From: Fimbriosthenelais zetlandica | Taxonomy: Eukaryota | Assembly (NCBI GenBank): GCA_977030845.1 | Contig: OZ365111.1 | Location: forward strand, 40,052,001 to 40,116,000 | Direction of reading: 5' to 3' | Length of the DNA: 64,000 nucleotides | Shown: piece by piece, positions 42,201-52,792 of the stretch | Layout of the letters: every line of letters starts with the position of its first letter | How positions within the stretch are numbered: the stretch's first letter is position 1 | Translations under genes and position numbers: made by a program | The notes under the pieces: model-generated | The model's input: the letters and a program-made list of their open reading frames with translations, nothing else | Told to the model about the DNA's origin: nothing | Databases searched by the model: none

Positions 42201-45200
42201 TGCCGTCAAGGAAAAGACCTGGAAGCTAAAATTGAGTGTGATATGTCTCTGAACGCAGTATTTGCAAGGCTTTTTGGTGCAACTTGTGCTAAGGGACAGT
42301 GGTATTTCTGAAAATCACCGGGTAGATGTTCACCATAATTACCCAAGGCAGAATTCAAAGCAAGCACTTGAAGAACTACCTTTCACGATTCATTCCTTCC
42401 ACTTGTGTAGGCTGAAAAGTGTAATTCGAACCAAATTGCATCAATTACCTTGAAAAGGAATCACTGTAAAATTCCTTTTGACAATTTATCACTCACAGTC
42501 TGAAAGCAAATAAAAATGCCAGACATTTACAAGTTGGAAGCTGGCAAGTTACCTCTCCACACAATACCAAGATATTAGTGTCCCATTGGTTACAGACTTC
42601 ACAGAAAATCCATAAAACATTCACTTCGTCAGGGACGGCCACTCTGAAAGGCTGGACAAATGGATATTCTGTTACTGAACTGAGGGTTTCGACACATATA
42701 ATACATTCTCCCAAGGATTTCAATGAGCATACACATGTGGCACAAGTATTTTTATAGCAAAAATGTGTATAGAAATCCATGCACAAAGGATGACTGCTGG
42801 GAAAGGTATGAGTTTGCAATATTTATGCAAAACAAAATTAAAGCCCCTTTTCGTAAAATGTGTATCTTATGCCATAGAAGTAAAGGAGATAACTTAAAAG
42901 CAGCTATATACAGTTAAACTAATAAGGTTCGTGACTCAGAAATTTGGTAAGATTGCTCTAATGAGGCAACGGCTTCTTTGCCCAAGGCAGTGATATAGGA
43001 GGAGTGTTGGAAGAGAGTTAGATCTCTCACCGTTCAAATGTCGTCTGGGTGTCTGGAAGGGGACAGGAGGTGTGATACCTAGGACCTCAACAACAAATGA
43101 CATATCCCTTCATCAGACTGCTGGTCAGGCATACGCCAAAAGGGCCACAGGCAAGCGAGGTGCCCCCCCGGGATACAGAACCATTACTAGAGGTAAATGT
43201 GGCTGGTCTTCACTGTTCATAAGTGCAGAGAGAAACTTCCACTTCTCTGGTATTATCGCCCAGGATGATTGAAACAATATATATGCTGTCAGGCCACACA
43301 CAAAGATCAACTTTGTTATAAACAATGAAGGAAATATATATATGCTTCTTTCGAATTACTTATAACTGACACTTGGGTGAGGAATTAAACAGGTATATAT
43401 AAATAAGCTTGAGTAGTGGGACGTTTTTTGGTCGGAGCTATCCTTGATAAATAAATCAGGCTATTAATCATCATAATATCCGCCAGCATTGCACTATAGT
43501 CAGCCTTTTCTCCCATCACCTGCTCATCAAAAAGCCGGGTGCTAGACAAAAGGCTTCATAAATTGCCTAGTCCTCAGCGGCCATAGGCAATACTCGGATG
43601 TGATCATTGAAAGGAATGTGAATGTATAGCATACAATAAGAGGGGAGATGAGGTGTATTATTTAGATGTATTCTGACAAACCATTCCATATAAAGGTTTG
43701 GGGGGAGGGGAGCCTGCAGAGAAAATATGCAAAATGGCCATGCACTGAGCCTCCTTGATGTAGGGGCCTATACCTGCATGGATTGAGGTTTTTCTGAGGA
43801 AAAGGAAAAAGAATCATTTTCCCCATGTAGGAAAAAGCGAGATGATTTAAGGCATGATCAGACGACATCCAAGCACTTTTCAAATGACTCGGCTTTATAG
43901 GACCCTTAAATTGTTTTCCCTTAGAGATGCTGATGGGCAGCTGAGTCCTCAAGCTTAATAAGGTTCAGTAATTCAATTTATCTCATGAATATAAATGGTC
44001 GAGACGAGCTGTTAACAGTTTGCTAAATGTGGCAGTGGTGGCGCAGGCTATAGGCACTTGTTCCTTTTCCAGGAGGCACTCAATCAGGAGCTGGTGAGAG
44101 TCAGGTGTGTCCTCGGGAAAACGTCGGCTAATGTGAATGATGTTGTTCGCGCATTAGTATTCAACCTGCCTACCAGGCTGGTCACTGCTGATGGCACGAC
44201 ACCTGCTGGCAAGGTCCACATCAAGGCTGTCTACATGGTCTGCATAAGCTTTTCCCCATCTGTGTAGAATCTGCCCTCTGCAGGCTACCTCCAGTCTAAG
44301 CTCTAATCATATGTGTCACATAAGAAGTTAGTAGTTTTCAATGAGACAAGTTCTTACGGCAAAGCCTGGACATTGGCGCAATAACACCAGAATCTGCAGC
44401 TCTGCTATTCTGTCCAGAGTACTATAGTAGAACCACAGTAGTGTCTCGGGCAAGGGCTTGCTAAATTAATTCGACCCATGCATCACAAGACTTACAAAAA
44501 AACAAGACTTGTCGTCCTGATACCATAAGCTCTGGATATTAATTAAGTCTGACATCCTGGGAGGAGCGGAATAAAGACTAAAATACAAAAAAGGCCAATA
44601 AACGGCTGTAATTCAACTAATTGGGTTCAAAAATACGAGCGTCAAGGGCAGGGTTTTCTTGAGATTATCAATACACCAGTTAATATATGGCAGTGAATAT
44701 CTGACAGTACAAGTACGGTCTCCAGCAATTTGTCAGGCAAATAGTGAGTGCATGGCTAAAGGAATCGATAAGTAATTTTGGATTCCGTTGTCCTGAAATT
44801 AAGTAGATGCGATGACTGCTCATAAAAGTAAATGAGCTCCAACGATCAACGTTTTATGAAGGTCAATGTGTTTTCCATTTTTAATTGTCTCCACATCATC
44901 CGGAGCCTGTTTCAAAGGTAATATTAGCCATATAGACTAAGCATTGCAAATTTTCCTTTTGAAACGGGCCCTGGGCCTCAGTTTCTTCAGAGATATGTAT
45001 ATACATTATTATGTAGTAAAGTACAATAGATCATTGTAGCTTTAATACGCCACGGTATTAGCAACACTGGCTTCCAGAGTGATCAACGACCTGGTAATTG
45101 GATTTGGCAATCTCATGTTGCAAATAATTTCAGAACAGGGATGGCTAATGTAATTGTAGGTTGATTGCATGTGTGCCTGTCTTTTCTTGATACCTGATTC

Positions 45201-45950
45201 GCCAATTCATCTTGTTAGCAGGGCATGAGAAGTTGCGATTCAAAACGACTATCGTTCCCACAGGTCCCTCATCTAAGCCTCTGCTGTTCGTCTTCCACTG
45301 CTTGGTAAGCTGTGAAAAAGGTGCTATTCTCACTCCCTGCATCATTGAACATCATCAGATATTTTTCTTGATGGAATGAGCAGCAAATGAAACGCCAACT
45401 TAACTGGATTATGCCCAAAATGAATCCCATATGACAGTGTGAATCCTGGTTGAGAAATCAAATTATAAGGATATGGCGAATAAATAGTGAATGATTGATC
45501 AACGTTCCATTTGGGTAAGACATTTTAATCCCATCAATTATATAGCAGCCAATAATAGTGCTGGGGAGGAAAATGGCTGGATTGATATCCCAATGATATT
45601 TTATGCTTTTGTCGAAGTGGGGGGATATTATTTGTGGTATAATAGTATTAATTTGTGAAAAACATTGCTATTGGATTCAAATATCAATACAATGTATATC
45701 AATGTAATGTATATCAATGCTTTGAAAAATGGCTGTTAAAAGATGGAATAATACCCACCATAATGATATCCTGGAATAAAAAATACATTATGGCAAAGCA
45801 CCAATATAGGTATATGAAATGATGCCTTTCTGCAATATTCATAATGCACGACTTCCATGATTATGCAAGGCAGATATGGTTATGGACGGTAACGGTGTTT
45901 GTGATGCATTAGGTTTCAGCAAGCAATGGTAGATATATAGCTCCACTTAC

Positions 45951-46740
45951 CTTCATTGCACGAGAGTCCTATGTAACCTGATTCCCTGCAGTCACATATG
46001 TATCGGTTCCATCCTTCATCACATTCACCCCTGTGCATGCAAGGTTGGCTGAGGCACTGGGGTTCTAAGACTCGACAGAATTTGCCGACGCCAAGGACTT
46101 CTTGAGCTGCTGCAAGTCCAGCCAGGTCCACCTTTTGACCGTTTATTACTAAGTCCTGGAAACAACCCACATAGCCATACTTCAAGGTGATCGTCCACAA
46201 CTCTTTGGGTAAGTTTCTTGAATCAATATGAGTGTTAATACCACCTACGTAGAGCGAACCTTCCAAATCAAGCTGGTCACTGGCCCCGGGGACTTGATAA
46301 GATGTGGTGTGTCCATCTATAGACAAAGTCCCAGCACCACTGCTGTGGTCCATCATCAACTTGTGGGGCAGTCCATCTGTGACCCTGATATCGGCTGCCT
46401 TCACCTTGACAGCCCCGGAGCCGAGGTCAAGTAACAAATATAAGTAACCGTCAAACAATTCGAGACCGAAGAAATCAGAAGTGCTCTCGGTGCCTCTATT
46501 GTACATCAAGAGCCCATTGGGTTCAGTGGTACGGAACTGAAACTCTATAGAACCGCTGTGTACCGCACTCCACCCAGGGACCGTGATGAAGGATTCGCTG
46601 TCTGTAAAGGTCACTGGCTGTGATTGGATGAGGTCGTCACATTTATTGAAGAGAACGTCCCCATGGACGGTCAGTAGGTTGTGGTTGCTCCGTGCCAGGT
46701 CAGTTAGATCAAGACTTATACTGTCCGCCTTGTAGACAAC
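45951..46740 (-). CDS. NRXN: Alpha-neurexin internal exon (790 nt): end of LNS2, LNS3 (laminin-G) domain and EGF-like repeat 2
   Basis: Translates without stops as VVYKADSISLDLTDLARS...PVTFTDSESFITVPGWSAVHSGSIEFQFRTTEPNGLLMY...DFFGLELFDGYLYLLLDLGSG...LDLEGSLYVGG...PKELWTITLKYGYVGCFQDLVING...CLSQPCMHRGECDEGWNRYICDCRESGYIGLSCNE. This aligns by eye to vertebrate NRXN1 (VVYKNNDVRLELSRLA...FRTTEPNGLILF...[21 protein letters not shown]...YGYVGCIRDLFIDG...[23 protein letters not shown]). The acceptor is cctttatcttcag|GTT (phase 0) and the donor is GAAG|gtaagt (phase 1). Confidence 0.97.
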
Positions 46741-47067
46741 CTGAAGATAAAGGCATTCATTGAGAATCACAGTCAGGGAGATTTTAGATTTTATATACTG
46801 TAGAAAACGTTTGGAATATGGAATTCGAGACACAGGAAAATGTCAAAATTACTTTAGTGTGACATCAAATTTAAAGTTTAGGTTTAGACTTATGCTGTCC
46901 GCCTTGTAGACAACCTGAAGATTCCTTGAGAATCACAGTCACAATCTAGGCAAATACATGAAGGATATTTAGATTTTATATACCATAGAAAACGTTTGGA
47001 AGCTGGAATTCGAAACACATGAAACTGTCAAAATTACTTTAGCGTGACATCTAATTTAAAGTTTAGG
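46712..47067. repeat. Imperfect tandem duplication (copy A 46712-46882, copy B 46886-47067) covering the first 29 nt of the LNS3 exon and its upstream acceptor
   Basis: AGACTTATACTGTCCGCCTTGTAGACAACCTGAAGAT...TTTAAAGTTTAGG recurs as AGACTTATGCTGTCCGCCTTGTAGACAACCTGAAGAT...TTTAAAGTTTAGG, with small indels. Confidence 0.92.
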
Positions 47068-48730
47068 ATAATGAACTTAAAAGTTCTGCATATGTACAGT
47101 CTAATCTTTTAAGGGACACATCTAGTCCCTAAGGAAAAATTAAGCTTATTGTTCCTGCATGCAATATTACGGCATACATCATTTTGGCCTTCCCGCTCAT
47201 TCTCTCTCTTTTACTATAGTGGTCAACGATGGTCAGTGTCCAGCAGTAAGCACCATTACTGTCCATGACTACAGCAATGGACAGTATAGAACTGGTTAAC
47301 ATTAGATAAAGCCTCCACCACTGACCTTGGAGCCCGGTAATCGATGTAGTACGCGCGTGAAAAAATCTCTAGAGGGAAAAAAAGAGACAAAGGGAAGAAG
47401 AGCCGCCTTGTGTTGTCCTTTTCAGTCAGACGAGTCACTTCTTCAAGGAGCGATTCAATGTGCTCTGTTCTGTTTTTTTAAAGAATTTTGGTTTCTTAAC
47501 AAGGCAATATTACTGAAGGGAAGGAGGTCTGGCATTGTTATTATCAGACAATGTAGGACTGCATAAACATGTATATACATTTCCCAATTTTTGTTTTAGT
47601 TAGAATTTTTATAGAGCCTGTTATGGGTGAATACCAGCTCACACTCTTGATTACTCAAGTTTCTCGTATGATTTTCAGCTGGGGACTCTTTCTAGTAGTA
47701 TATAGCACATTTAGCAATCATTGCCATTGGGGCAACAATCTTTAAGAAAGTCTTTCAGGACTCAACGACGATCCACCCAACATCATTATCTGTCCTTCTG
47801 AGGGTTCTGGTGAACACAGCAATTAATCACTTGATTATATGAACCAAAGGGTTCTTTAGGTTTCTCCACCAGGACTAGTTTAAACATGAAAAATCAACAG
47901 CCTTCGCGTAGCAAGCTAATGATGAATTCACTAGGAAAACTAATTCCCATTATCTATCGCTCCATTGCAATCATTGTTTCAATTAGAAATTAATTTAAAT
48001 TGAGCCAATCAGGATAACAAGATTTAGACGAGAGTTCAGGGAAGACAGTAACTTTGTTACTTTGCTCAATTCAATACCTAGCATTACTAAGTTGAATGCT
48101 GATTATGCTCGGGTAACTTTAGTTGTACTAGTTTGACTGTTGAGTATTTTCATCTTCAAGGGTGTAAAATATACATGGGAACGTCGATATTTGAGAGCAG
48201 GCCACATGAGAAGAAAAAAAACATTAATATTTCATCACATAACATGAACTCACTTGTGTAATTCGGGTCATTTAGGGAACGCCAAATTATTAACGAAAGA
48301 GAGGGAATAAGAATGTCTGTACTCAACAAATAAAAGCACTTCACCACCTCATTTAGTCTAATGAAAAGCTTATCTCAGCCCCATCCGAACTTGAGTAACT
48401 CACAATGTCTGATCCAGTTTATGATCATGGAATACCTATGTACAATACACCAGCTGCCTATATGAAGACACATGAACATCTCTCTCATTCTCTCCAGGCA
48501 ATCACCAAGTTTGACTGTACATGTTGGAAAATTTTGGAAAAGTGCCTGACTTAATTGATGCGATACTTATATGGAATGAGACATTGCTCTATGAGAGGGG
48601 ATGGGGTGCACTCAATCGAAAATCTCGAAAATCTGGATGTGCCTGTCCGTTTTGGCTCGAGAGCCCCAGCCCGCTACTACGGGGCTCTGAGAGACAACCT
48701 GTTATGTAACCTAAATACCAATCCTCCTAC
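46741..48730 (-). other. NRXN: Neurexin phase-0 intron (1990 nt)
   Basis: GT...AG ends between two in-frame neurexin exons. Confidence 0.88.
47600..47662. repeat. 63-bp interspersed repeat, copy 2
   Basis: TTAGAATTTTTATAGAGCCTGTTATGGGTGAATACCAGCTCACACTCTTGATTACTCAAGTTT; both copies have a T-rich left flank. Confidence 0.85.
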
Positions 48731-48889
48731 CTTCTTCATGCATCCCCGGAAGTTGTCGATGATCTTTGACCCAGGAAGTTCGCTGACGTCACGGCTCCCG
48801 GCTACGTAGAGCTGGTTACTAGAGAGCATGGTGAACTCGCCGACTGTTGTTCCCGTCCTCCGGTAGATGTCATCAATCTCAACAGTCAC
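48731..48889 (-). CDS. NRXN: Alpha-neurexin internal exon (159 nt, 53 codons): C-terminal part of LNS2
   Basis: Encodes VTVEIDDIYRRTGTTVGEFTMLSSNQLYVAGSRDVSELPGSKIIDNFRGCMKK, which matches NRXN1 [54 protein letters not shown]. The acceptor is attttctttag|GTG and the donor is AAG|gtagga, both phase 0. It joins in frame to the 46740 exon (GCMKK|VVYK). Confidence 0.94.
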
Positions 48890-49530
48890 CTAAAGAAAAT
48901 GGAAATATGGGCAAAATAGGAAGTGTGGTCTCTTTGATTTTACCTCTCGCTTGCAATGGCCTGTACATCGTTGATTGCCTATGCCTTGAATAAGTACCAA
49001 TGAAACTGGGGGAGATGGAAAACCACTGCAATCAATGTAGGCACTTTCTATATTTTAGGAGTCAGCAGGTACTTAGCATGCTGGCAAATAGTGCAGCTGC
49101 TTCAATGTGCAATATTAAATGTATGCCAGACATAATATACAATAAAATATTTCTCTACAATCCTTGGAGATATTTTCCCATAGTCGCGTCATCATAAGGA
49201 GAGCACCTCGAGACCTGTAAAAGGGTAAAGGTGGATTTTCACAATCAGGAACAAAAGACATATTTATGTTGGAAGTCCAAAGTGGAATTTTGTCAAAGCG
49301 GAATCGGTGAGGATTATATAATGTATAAAGGGCAGGCATCTGTCTATCCAATTGAAAGTGCAAAAAGTCTGCCTCATTGAAAGACGAAACAAGCTTCCAT
49401 ACATCATCTGGGAGATGTTTTGCTCGTTGGCTTAATGCTGTACATTTTTTTGGGATAGAACTGTCCATCTATTTGTTCTTACTGAATACTGTTTGACAGC
49501 GGATTTGACGGGATAAAGTATATGTAGCTT

Positions 49531-49563
49531 ATAATTATGAGATAATTATGAAATAATTATGAA
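49531..49563. repeat. Three 11-bp tandem units ATAATTATGA(G/A)
   Basis: Seen directly. Confidence 0.75.
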
Positions 49564-50498
49564 TTGGTTTTTAAATGCAGTTTTCGCAGACCCTCTGACC
49601 ATCACGGTAAATTTATCTGATTATTCTTAGCAATATGACAAATGCACTAGTATAGTATTGGCATGTATAAACACGAATCTTAAGTTGCACCATTCATGAA
49701 CGAGCTTTTGAAGGCTTTGGAAGTCTAAGTATATCCCCTTAAAACTTCGCTACAACATTAGGCTAGTTTTCTTTTTCAATTCTATTTCATGATTTCCATT
49801 TTTGAAAGGGCAGGTAAGTAATGTACTAGAGCGTCGATTTGAGCTCGGGTATTGGGGAAACACGCATTTCTTCTCACTTTACGGATGTAGTGGGGGAGGG
49901 GGCATTCCCTTTCCTTTATCCCTCTTATACGGAACTACCTTTATCAATTCTTCAACGGGTGTTCGCCATCATGCTTTATGGCCAGAGTGGTGGATATAAA
50001 TACTCCTTGGACTGACAGCCCTGGCCCAGCTTAATCTTTTATAAAAATGTCCTAAGGTGCCTGTCAGGGGAGTTGTGGGAGATATCAACCGAACGTGGGA
50101 TCGACTATAAAGCATCCGAAATGAATGTGGAGTCTATAAAGAAGGCTTAGTAAACAGCGCATGGGCTCAGGATATCGTGAAACTAACACTGGTCAGGCAC
50201 AACACTGGTCTAATGTATTAAGTCATCTATAGGCTGGTGGTGGTTGGGGGGACAGTGGTCAGGGTCCCAGCCCCCCACCCCAGCTTCCTCTAGATACAAT
50301 CTGCTCCAGCAGGTGACGGATGGCGTTCAGGAACATGGCGGAGGAAAATGGCTGCACAAGCAGCGGCCATTAGATATCCCACCTTATCTTAGTAGCTTAT
50401 CTCTGGCCATAACTTAGCTGGCTCTGGGAGATGTGGTGGGCATGAAGGTCAGGAGGACTTGTAATCACAAAGAAGCTCATGTTGGTATAACCCTGAGA

Positions 50499-50517
50499 CC
50501 CCCCCCCCCCCCCCCCC
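50499..50517. repeat. C19 homopolymer (G-tract on the neurexin sense strand)
   Basis: Seen directly; followed by ACCCCCGCCC. Confidence 0.9.
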
Positions 50518-52229
50518 ACCCCCGCCCAGCCCTAGAAGAGACCCTGTACCATATACGTCACCTGAATTATCCAAATGAGAGAAGACCAGCTTGATTAGCA
50601 GGAAGAAGCTTCCATCTTCCCTCAATCATCCTCCCGGACATTTCGTCCTCTCACTCTCACTGTCTTTACTTTACTTCTTCTTCTCTCTGTCTTTCGCAGA
50701 CCAACATAGGCTCGACTGTCTAGATTAAGCCAGCATATGATAGAATCCAAGATATCAAGACAAATCACCTAGATTACACTTCTTGCCTATCCCATATACT
50801 ATCTACACATTGCTCCTGACATATCAATCTTTTTTCCTAGGAAAACAATGACTGTCCAATGCCGTAGGACTCAGTCTTTCATAATTGAGATTTTGATGAG
50901 AAAGGCACCCTGAAATTGATATTATGTAGAGGCGAATCCTTCAATTGTGATGAGAAAAAATATTTCCTTCCTTCAGAGGCGGTATATACAATAGAGCAAT
51001 TGCACAATTGCCAAGTACTAACGTATGTCCCGTCAGGCTATCGTATCATAAAACTTCTTTCTATATTCTGGGCTAGGTTATTCATTTCTATATATATGGG
51101 AAATGAATGAAAGCAGGTGGCCATCATGGTTCTCTGCTAGGACACTAATGAAAATGAAAATAAAGCTCCTTTCAAATACGGCACATTGCTCATGGCAGCC
51201 AATATGACTGCACTAAATGGATTTCCAGACCAAAGCTCGGACCGTTTGCTAGCTGACAGGACATCCACAAATAACCTGTTAATAATTTATATTTATTGGT
51301 CTTGAATGTGACAGGTGGCCACTCCGAGATCCCAGATTGTGTTAAAGACATGAATTACTCGGAAGCCCCCAGTGGACATAACCAGAGGAGATGGAATCTG
51401 GCTGGACTTTATAGCCTGTTCATCCCACACTCACGAAGTTTGATACTCTCAATGTACCCTGGAGTATTATATGTCAGAATACGATCGGATAAAGGCGGGT
51501 GGAGCTTAGCTGGCTCATATATCGCCTTTCTGATTTATAGCAGAAAAGCTTTGCTTCTTAGGGATGGTCACGAACTGGTATTAAATTGGATCAGATGTAG
51601 TGGTGGCTGGTGGGTGGTCATGATGATTATTCCAGACAGTGTCCCTCTACCCTCTCCAGGGTGGCCGCCTTGTCAGGCCCAGTGTCGTTTGGCAGTGATC
51701 TACGGTCTGGTATCACACTCTGAATGCAGTCAATTCGGGAAATTGAACAGGGAAATGATTGGATGGTGATGGCTGATTCTGGCCTCGGGTTGTCTGACCA
51801 TGGGGCGATGGTGAGGTGAGGCACTGGAATGTAAGCTCTATAGGTGGTGGTCCTGCTGGCACCTTGTGATGTCAATGGTGGTGTGTGGTGGTGGTATTAT
51901 TGGCGATGCTATTGGCATGTGGAGGGTGTAAGGTAGACCTGTTAGTAGTAGGGATGGTCAGAGAAGACATGTAGTCAAGAAGCCTGATAAATAGGAAAAA
52001 ACTGCTTGAATGACTGGCTAGTTGTATGCCCAAGACGGACTGGGGAAAGGATCAGGAGCGGAGCTTTGCTAAGTGATAGCTGGGATGGGGTATGGTATGG
52101 AGGTACTATATACCACTGGGGTTTGTGATCCAAGCGATCTGCACCGAACCAATGATGGCGCGAATCACAAGCTTGAGGCTATACCAAACCCTCCTCCTCC
52201 TCCTCCATGGTGGGCATGGCCATAATCAG

Positions 52230-52735
52230 GTTACTGCTAAGAACAGTCAATCCCAACGCCATGATAGATCACCTCCAGTGTCCATTACTTTATTGACTTG
52301 CATTGGCTTTTGATGGGGATATGACTAGAACTGGTCCCCGGGGTATGAGCGGGTCGTCCCCCCTTGTCACCAGCAGTCAGAGATAGGAAGCAAAGGATGG
52401 CTGCTTGCCCAAGACGAGCACGTATACGAGAGGCACAGCAAATAGCACATAAACAAAACAGGCAATGCCAGCGATAATCATTGCTTGTGTCTGATAGAAC
52501 TTGTGTACTGGGTGACAGAGGAGGTCCTGCTGCTACCGAGCCATCTCAAACCAAATTTGTCCATAGCCGGGATATATGGGTCTGTTTGCCAATACTGCAA
52601 GCAATACCAATTCTAAATGTGTTGTCGTAACTGAGGTGGTGGTCCAGTAACGATGGAATCTCCTTCGCAAACCCTGTGCAATGACCCCAGGATATTTAAC
52701 ATATTACCCCCATCGCGTAAGATTGCCGTCAGCTG
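52230..52735 (-). mobile_element. Decayed DIRS/Ngaro-like element: tyrosine recombinase C-terminus followed by a probable SGNH-hydrolase ORF start
   Basis: VTADGNLTR...LSYDNTFRIGIACSIGKQTHISRLW resembles LF...DG.PLTR...Y..HSFRIGAA..AA......I..LGRW. Downstream MIIAGIACFV and VIYHGVG resemble the hydrolase start of Ngaro-like elements. Confidence 0.45.
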
Positions 52736-52792
52736 TCACATCATGGCGATGTCTGTCACAACATGGTGACAGCTGTTGCGACATGGTGACAG
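52733..52792. repeat. Three degenerate 20-bp tandem units
   Basis: CTGTCACATCATGGCGATGT / CTGTCACAACATGGTGACAG / CTGTTGCGACATGGTGACAG. The middle unit is a hairpin (CTGTCAC..GTGACAG). Confidence 0.7.

Larger units (their letters stand above)
1..45950 (-). other. NRXN: Probable very long neurexin intron downstream of the EGF2 exon (3' end not in window)
   Basis: Starts with a perfect GTAAGT donor at 45950. A manual scan of the minus strand for the expected LNS4 start ([FY][DN]G) and for LamG 'WH' motifs found no convincing exon. The stretch is filled with TE debris. Confidence 0.55.

Noticed and set aside
44496-44516. 21-nt candidate microexon with GTAAGT donor
   Set aside because: The acceptor is purine-rich with competing AGs, and the exon ends in TTT.
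49483-49488. 6-nt candidate microexon TATTCA (acceptor tcaaacag, donor gtaaga)
   Set aside because: The pyrimidine tract is poor; easily explained by chance.
50300-50365. LLQQVTDGVQEHGGGKWLHK, loosely Myb/SANT-like
   Set aside because: Too short, with no supporting frame or splice signals.
50640-50700. Strong plus-strand polypyrimidine tract ending in CGCAG (antisense acceptor)
   Set aside because: No coding frame or good donor follows, so a CT-rich simple sequence is the simpler explanation.
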